A DNA stretch of 47,680 bases, taken from NCBI GenBank assembly GCA_964401705.1, contig CAYNZJ010000001.1, forward strand, positions 69,648-117,327, given 5' to 3'. Below the pieces are notes generated by a model. That model ran no database searches and had not been told where the DNA came from. It saw nothing but the letters and a program-made list of their open reading frames with translations. Shown piece by piece: positions 42,839 through 47,680 of this stretch (position 1 is its first letter; each line of letters opens with the position of its first letter). This DNA is from an uncultured Candidatus Saccharibacteria bacterium. GTDB lineage: Bacteria; Patescibacteriota; Minisyncoccia; Phycocordibacterales; UBA9973. The position numbers and the translations under genes are program-made.

Positions 42839-43450
42839 TTATTTATTAATTGTCTGTAATAATTCTATAAATGCAGGTTGGTTAAAATGTCCACGGTCGG
42901 TGAATTTATGGAAATTTGCATTAGGTAAATATTTATAGACCGTCTCAGAATTTGAAAATGGAACAACATTGTCATCTACTGAATGCCAAATATGGATTTC
43001 ATTAGCAGTATCACGAATAGATTCTATTTTACTAACATCAAATTCAAATGAAGAAAGTTTTTCTAAAAACATTTCTGGCTCATTTTCAATATATGGTGAT
43101 ACAAAATGCAGTTGTGAAATTTTCTTTGGAAAAGTATTTTCGGACATATATTTTAATAAAAATGTTGCACCTAATGAGTGCCCAATAAGAATTATTGGTT
43201 CATCTTTTATAAATTCAAAATGTCTTTCAAACCAAATTTTCCATGCGACATAATCCGAATTTTGTTTTGCTGGCATAAGTGGAACAAGTACATCGTGGGT
43301 CTCGGTTAATGCCCAACTAATCCAATCACGCCAGTTTTTTGAGGTGTGATAAGGATCAAGTTTTACAGTTCTTATATACTCGTAAAAATCATCTTTATTT
43401 GCAAAAGTCTCTCCCCCACGAATAATTAAAACTTGTTTTTTGTTATCCAT
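42839..43450 (-). CDS. alpha/beta hydrolase (paralog-like of the neighbouring ORF)
   Basis: 203 aa. Nucleophile elbow LIGHSLGA, D..VP, C-terminal RGHF. Confidence 0.55.
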   Translation of the reverse strand: MDNKKQVLIIRGGETFANKDDFYEYIRTVKLDPYHTSKNWRDWISWALTETHDVLVPLMPAKQNSDYVAWKIWFERHFEFIKDEPIILIGHSLGATFLLKYMSENTFPKKISQLHFVSPYIENEPEMFLEKLSSFEFDVSKIESIRDTANEIHIWHSVDDNVVPFSNSETVYKYLPNANFHKFTDRGHFNQPAFIELLQTINK

Positions 43451-43465
43451 AATATGATTATACCA

Positions 43466-43975
43466 TTAAATTTTTGATAAAATATCATCAGCAACATCCT
43501 CTATTGGTCTTTCGGTATTTATAGAAATAGCTCCAGAATTTATTAAATCTTGTTCAAAATCTTGATATAAACCAAGCATGAATTCCCTTTCAGCTTCTTC
43601 TTTGCCGAAATCATTATCGGTTCTTGTGTTTATACGGTGTAAGAAAGTTTCCGGAGTACATTGCAATACAAAAATCTTATCAAAAAAATCTAAGAAATCA
43701 TCTTGATTATTCGGCATTCCACAAACTACTACAATTTCTTGATTTGAATTATTTACCAAATCTTTCAACTTATTTTCATCACAAAACCATTCATGTGAAT
43801 CAAGCCATTCCCTGCCAACCCCAAGACCAGTTTTTTCTTTTGTTATTTTATTTCTCCAATTACAAAGTCCATCTGTTGAATCAATATCTATAGCAAAAAT
43901 TCCTCGCTTATTAAACTCGGTAACTAATGTAGTTTTACCTGTTCCTGATACTCCTGTAATATAAATCTTTTTCAT
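43466..43975 (-). CDS. P-loop NTPase / small kinase-like ATPase
   Basis: 169 aa. Walker A ITGVSGTGKTT at the N-terminus. Size and layout resemble nucleoside/nucleotide-kinase-like AAA proteins. Confidence 0.6.
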   Translation of the reverse strand: MKKIYITGVSGTGKTTLVTEFNKRGIFAIDIDSTDGLCNWRNKITKEKTGLGVGREWLDSHEWFCDENKLKDLVNNSNQEIVVVCGMPNNQDDFLDFFDKIFVLQCTPETFLHRINTRTDNDFGKEEAEREFMLGLYQDFEQDLINSGAISINTERPIEDVADDILSKI

Positions 43976-43978
43976 AAA

Positions 43979-45745
43979 TTATTCTTCTATAAATCCGCCG
44001 GTTTGGTGACTCCAAAGTTCGGCATATATTCCGCCTTTATTTAATAATTCAGTATGTGTTCCATCTTCGGCAATTCCCCCATCTTCGAGTACTATTATCC
44101 GATCCATCTTTTGAATAGTTGACAATCTATGCGCTATTACAATTGTGGTTCTACCTTTCATAAGCTCAACAAAAGCTTTTTGAATATAATCTTCACTAAC
44201 GCTATCGAGCGAGCTTGTGGCTTCATCCAATATTAATACCGGTGAATCCTTAAGCATAGCCCGAGCTATAGCTACACGCTGACGTTCCCCGCCGGAAAGT
44301 TTAACCCCACGTTCCCCAACCAAAGTATCATAACCATTAGGAAGTTTTATAATAAAATCATGCGCATAGGCGGATTTAGCAACAGCGATAATTTCATCAT
44401 CCGATGCACCAACTTTACTATATGCAATGTTTTCTTTAATTGTCCTATGGAAAAGCATTGGCTCTTGAGGCACATATGAAATTACTTGACGTAAATCATC
44501 TTGTAAAACATTTTTAATATTTTGCCCATCAATTGTAATTTCGCCATTTGTTGTGTCAGTAAATCTTAATAACAATTTTGTAATTGTTGATTTACCCGCA
44601 CCCGAATGCCCCACAAGCCCAACATGGCTCCCTGAATTTATTTTTAAATTTAAGTTTTCAATTACTGGGTTACCATTTTGATAAGCAAAACTAACATCTT
44701 TAAATTGTATATCCCCGTCTTTCATTTTCAATTCTTCTGGATTCTTTGGGTCTTTTATTTCAATATCTAAATCAAAAATATCCACAACTTCTTTCATTTC
44801 AATTAATGACCTGACTATTCGTGTTATTGATTTACCTAAATTCCAAAGTATATCAAAAAGGTTAACCATATAACTTTGTAAAAGTATAATCATACCAACT
44901 GAGATTTTATCTGCATACCACATTTTTATTGCCATAAACATAATAACTATTTGCAAAACTCCCATCATTAAAGACTGGAATACTAACCTTGTATTAGCAT
45001 AATTCCATGCTTTCATTCTTTTAGTTTCTTCATCTTGAGTAACCTTTTTAAAACCTAATTTTTCAAAAAAACTATTACTAAATATTTTTATATTAAGAAT
45101 ATTTATTATTGAGTCTGAAAGTCTACCTGTAACAACAGAATCTGCTTCGGATTCTAATAAATCATATTTAATTTTTTGTTTTACAAAAACTATTGTTATT
45201 AATATATAAATAATAGACCATACAACAAAAACCCAGGCCATTATTGGGATTTTAATAAATAAAACAACTAAAATACCCCCCAAGGTAACTATTCCGAAAT
45301 ATATTTGAAAACTTACTGATTCAAAAAAGACATCAAATGATCTATTAAATCTTTTTGTTTTTGCAATGATACTACCTGTAAAATTATTAGAAAAGAAATT
45401 ATATGAATGGTTTAAAATTTTATTAAACGAAAAATCATAAAGTCTTTTCATGACTTTACTAGTAAAATAAGATTCCGTAAAACTAGCTGCCCGATAAACG
45501 ATTATATAAACCAAAATTATAGTACAAAGTAACAAAAGCAAATGTAAGGATTGATTAAATATAATACCTTTAGGTAAACCAGAAGATAAAGTATCAACCA
45601 AGTCTTTATATATAAATGGTTTTAAAATTAATTCAGCAATTATACCAATTCCATAAAATAAAAAAGTTAACACTAAAGACACCCAATGTTTTTTCATTTG
45701 GGGCCATAGGTAAAACAGTATTCGTTTAAAATTTATATCTTTCAT
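43979..45745 (-). CDS. ABC exporter, fused permease/ATPase (MsbA-like)
   Basis: 588 aa. Six-TM N-terminal half. Walker A GHSGAGKST, signature LSGGERQR, Walker B LILDEATS. Confidence 0.9.
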   Translation of the reverse strand: MKDINFKRILFYLWPQMKKHWVSLVLTFLFYGIGIIAELILKPFIYKDLVDTLSSGLPKGIIFNQSLHLLLLLCTIILVYIIVYRAASFTESYFTSKVMKRLYDFSFNKILNHSYNFFSNNFTGSIIAKTKRFNRSFDVFFESVSFQIYFGIVTLGGILVVLFIKIPIMAWVFVVWSIIYILITIVFVKQKIKYDLLESEADSVVTGRLSDSIINILNIKIFSNSFFEKLGFKKVTQDEETKRMKAWNYANTRLVFQSLMMGVLQIVIMFMAIKMWYADKISVGMIILLQSYMVNLFDILWNLGKSITRIVRSLIEMKEVVDIFDLDIEIKDPKNPEELKMKDGDIQFKDVSFAYQNGNPVIENLNLKINSGSHVGLVGHSGAGKSTITKLLLRFTDTTNGEITIDGQNIKNVLQDDLRQVISYVPQEPMLFHRTIKENIAYSKVGASDDEIIAVAKSAYAHDFIIKLPNGYDTLVGERGVKLSGGERQRVAIARAMLKDSPVLILDEATSSLDSVSEDYIQKAFVELMKGRTTIVIAHRLSTIQKMDRIIVLEDGGIAEDGTHTELLNKGGIYAELWSHQTGGFIEE

Positions 45746-45863
45746 CCCGTTAGAAGCAGGTCGCGATCTTTTTTAAAAATCAAAACTCTACTTTTTAAAT
45801 AATTATCAATAATTAAATAAGCACTGTTCCCGTTATTTATGCGTGACAGCGGCTTCTAACGGG
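45746..45863. repeat. about 120-bp inverted-repeat intergenic element, copy B (CCCGTTAGAAGC ... GCTTCTAACGGG)
   Basis: Left arm at 45746-45757 abuts the ABC-exporter ATG. Right arm at 45852-45863. The left arm shares about 19/23 nt with copy A, including TCGCGAT. On the minus strand an ATG at 45867-45869 opens MNPVRSRCHA* (45837-45869). Confidence 0.8.
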
Positions 45864-45876
45864 ATTCATTTACTAT

Positions 45877-46164
45877 TTATTTTGCGCCGAATTTAGTGAT
45901 GGCTTTACGAAATCCGCCTTTTTTGTCAGACAATTCTTTTGCCCCGCGAGTAACGGTAGCTACACCAACGCCAAGCTTTTCAGCAATTTCGCGTTGAGCA
46001 ATTCCAGATTCAAGCATTTTAACTATTTGCCAGCGACGAGCAATTTCTTCATACTCACCAGCAGTCAAAAGGTCATCTAAAAATTCATTTAACAAATTAC
46101 CCCCTGCCCCAGCAACTTTTTTAATAAGAGTGTTTATTTCTTTTTTGTATTCTTCCATGCTCAT
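45877..46164 (-). CDS. TrpR-related YerC/YecD-family DNA-binding protein
   Basis: 95 aa. LLT..E...IA.RW.IV..L..G..QREIA..LGV..ATVTRG helix-turn-helix pattern. Confidence 0.75.
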   Translation of the reverse strand: MSMEEYKKEINTLIKKVAGAGGNLLNEFLDDLLTAGEYEEIARRWQIVKMLESGIAQREIAEKLGVGVATVTRGAKELSDKKGGFRKAITKFGAK

Positions 46165-46175
46165 AATATTTTTTG

Positions 46176-47270
46176 TTATTTATTAAAATAATTAATCTTC
46201 ATTGCAGTTTTAACTTCACCCATGACTAGACTTGCATCAGCTCGTGCAGAATTTGTTCCATCTTCTAGAATTTTTTCAACCATTATCATATCTTTAGTTA
46301 ATTCTTCTCTTCTTTCTCGAATTGGTTTAATTATACTTTCCAAAACTTCAATTAATCTTTTTTTAATAACAACATCACCTAATCCACCAGCGCGATACTG
46401 GTTTTTTAATTCTTCAACTTCATTTTTATTTGGATCAAAAATATCAAGATAAGTAAAAACAACATTGCCCTCTACTTGCCCTGGGCCTTCCACACGAAGA
46501 TGGTTTGGGTCAGTATACATACTCATGACTTGTTTTGAAATTTGCTCATATGAATCAGACAAATAAATACAATTACCAAGAGATTTGGACATTTTTGCAT
46601 TACCATCAGTACCAACTAATCGTGAGACATCGCTAGTGATATGATTTATTTTTTCAAAAACTTCACCATAAAAAGCATTAAATTTATTAGCAATTTTATT
46701 AGCTTGTTCCAATACTGGTAATTGATCAATCCCAACAGGTACAGTATTAGCCTTGAAAGCTAAAATATCTGCAGCCTGAGAAACAGGATAAGCTAAAAAC
46801 CCTAGTGGTATACCTTGTTCAAATATATCTTCAGGTTTTGAAATAATTGAAGCTAATAATGGGTCTGCTGAAAAAACACGATTAGAACTTAAATTAAAAC
46901 CTTTTTCTTTAGCTTCACTTTTAATTGTTGGGTTGTGAGATAGTTGTTGTACGGTTACAAGATTCATAAAAAATACAGTTAGCTCGGCAATTTCTGGAAT
47001 TTGAGACTGCAGGAAAAATGTAGTTTTTGCTGGGTCAACACCACAAGCTAGATTATCTAATACTATTTCTAAAACATTTGACCGGACTTTTTCTGGATTG
47101 TCCGCATTATCAGTCAGTGCTTGAACATCAGCAACCATGTAATAGGCTTTATCGGATTCATTTTGTAATTTAACCCGATTTTGGATAGAACCCACATAAT
47201 GCCCAAGATGGAGCCGTCCCGTTGGCCGGTCACCTGTAAGAACTATTGTTTTGTTCGTTTTATCTGTCAT
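46176..47270 (-). CDS. trpS: tryptophanyl-tRNA synthetase
   Basis: 364 aa. HIGH-type motif TGRLHLGHYVG and KMSKS. VPVGIDQ. Confidence 0.95.
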   Translation of the reverse strand: MTDKTNKTIVLTGDRPTGRLHLGHYVGSIQNRVKLQNESDKAYYMVADVQALTDNADNPEKVRSNVLEIVLDNLACGVDPAKTTFFLQSQIPEIAELTVFFMNLVTVQQLSHNPTIKSEAKEKGFNLSSNRVFSADPLLASIISKPEDIFEQGIPLGFLAYPVSQAADILAFKANTVPVGIDQLPVLEQANKIANKFNAFYGEVFEKINHITSDVSRLVGTDGNAKMSKSLGNCIYLSDSYEQISKQVMSMYTDPNHLRVEGPGQVEGNVVFTYLDIFDPNKNEVEELKNQYRAGGLGDVVIKKRLIEVLESIIKPIRERREELTKDMIMVEKILEDGTNSARADASLVMGEVKTAMKINYFNK

Positions 47271-47276
47271 AGTCTA

Positions 47277-47305
47277 ATAGTACAGGAAAAACCATAATTG
47301 GTCAA
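47277..47305 (-). promoter_or_regulatory. trpS promoter TTGACC-N17-TACTAT, 6 nt from the ATG
   Basis: On the minus strand: TTGACC (47300-47305), 17-nt spacer, TACTAT (47277-47282), TAGACT, then the ATG at 47270. Confidence 0.5.
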
Positions 47306-47466
47306 TTATACCTCATCCCCGACCCTTCTCCAGTAAACTAGAGAAGGGAGTGTTGTTATATAGAAACAATAAAGTAATAGATATAATTTAAATATAAACT
47401 TTTAATATAAAACTACAACATTTCCCTCTCCTTATTGAGGAGAGGGATCAAGGGAGAGGTCTGGGC

Positions 47467-47585
47467 AAATAAAAAGGCCTAACCGAAGTCAGACCCCTTG
47501 AGTTTTTTGGTAAGGGGATGTTTCTTTTGCAGGGAGGCATCACGATTACCATTTACGCGAAGGTAGTTAAATATTAACTACTTTC
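47467..47585 (-). ncRNA. candidate small RNA or leader of about 120 nt with its own promoter and UUCG-loop terminator
   Basis: On the minus strand: TTGACT (47614-47619), 16-nt spacer, TATGAT (47592-47597). Then hairpin GAAAGTAGTTAA-TAT-TTAACTACCTTC and a CCCCTT/AAGGGG stem. Then GGTCTGAC-TTCG-GTTAGGCC plus TTTTTATTT (47467-47495). No ORF over 60 aa here. Class not recognised. Confidence 0.3.
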
Positions 47586-47680
47586 AAGGAAATCATATCA
47601 TTTATATGCTAAAAGTCAACCTTTATTATTTTCCCGTAATATCCCCTTTTATTCCCCAAAAGTAAGAATTGGGAATAGTA

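Noticed and set aside
47500-47585. T-box riboswitch controlling trpS.
   Set aside because: The only resemblance is a weak UGGUAAUCGUG match to the T-box core. There is no Stem I with a UGG specifier loop or K-turn/AG-bulge motifs. The candidate is too short and is separated from trpS by about 200 nt and a separate promoter. I kept it only as an unclassified RNA candidate.
1-47680. Alternative genetic code (UGA recoded, as in some candidate phyla), and a scan for tRNA, rRNA, tmRNA and RNase P genes.
   Set aside because: Long conserved ORFs, including the 2034-aa RHS protein, are uninterrupted under the standard code, and TGA terminates at least one ORF (8464). I saw no cloverleaf-like GTTCGAATC-type T-arm sequences and no rRNA-like stretches by eye. 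A tRNAscan/Infernal run is still needed to be sure.

Overview
AT-rich (roughly 30% GC by eye), tightly packed window coded almost entirely on the minus strand. Gene content suggests a reduced-genome, Patescibacteria/CPR-like bacterium: split transketolase, a minimal housekeeping set, many N-terminally anchored hypothetical surface proteins, and standard code with TGA used as a stop. This lineage call is inference. Core genes read from the translations: a sugar-phosphate cluster (fba, PfkB kinase, split tkt, rpe-like, rpiB, gap); translation genes (gatB, aspS, trpS plus a TrpR/YerC-like gene, obg, yqeY); envelope and division genes (mraY, ftsW, scpA, scpB); NDH-2; an MsbA-like ABC exporter; Nudix, alpha/beta-hydrolase and P-loop genes. 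Accessory content of most interest: (1) A 2034-aa Sec-signal SpvB/FG-GAP/RHS (TcB-TcC-like) cocoon protein. Its C-terminal tip after the RHS end motif reads as LysM plus a Tlde1/DUF2778-like L,D-transpeptidase-fold module, and it is followed 5 nt later by a small polytopic membrane ORF (immunity candidate). (2) Next to it, an IS200-like/RAYT Y1 transposase with four copies of a perfect 23-bp palindrome. Two copies flank the gene and two sit in frame inside it. (3) A four-gene tandem array of exported proteins sharing a leader conserved at nucleotide level (TM helix plus NLGFLQ). (4) Two roughly 120-bp inverted-repeat intergenic modules (CCCGTTAGAA...TTCTAACGGG). Each abuts a downstream ATG and each opens with a 10-11 codon mini-ORF. 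(5) A duplicated gap 3' end bracketing an inserted 273-aa ORF. (6) Recurrent (TGn)TATAAT boxes 6-8 nt from start codons, implying widespread leaderless mRNAs. (7) Two orphan promoter-plus-terminator units that may be small RNAs. No rRNA, tRNA or CRISPR array was recognised. All domain calls come from reading motifs by eye and need HMM or structure confirmation.
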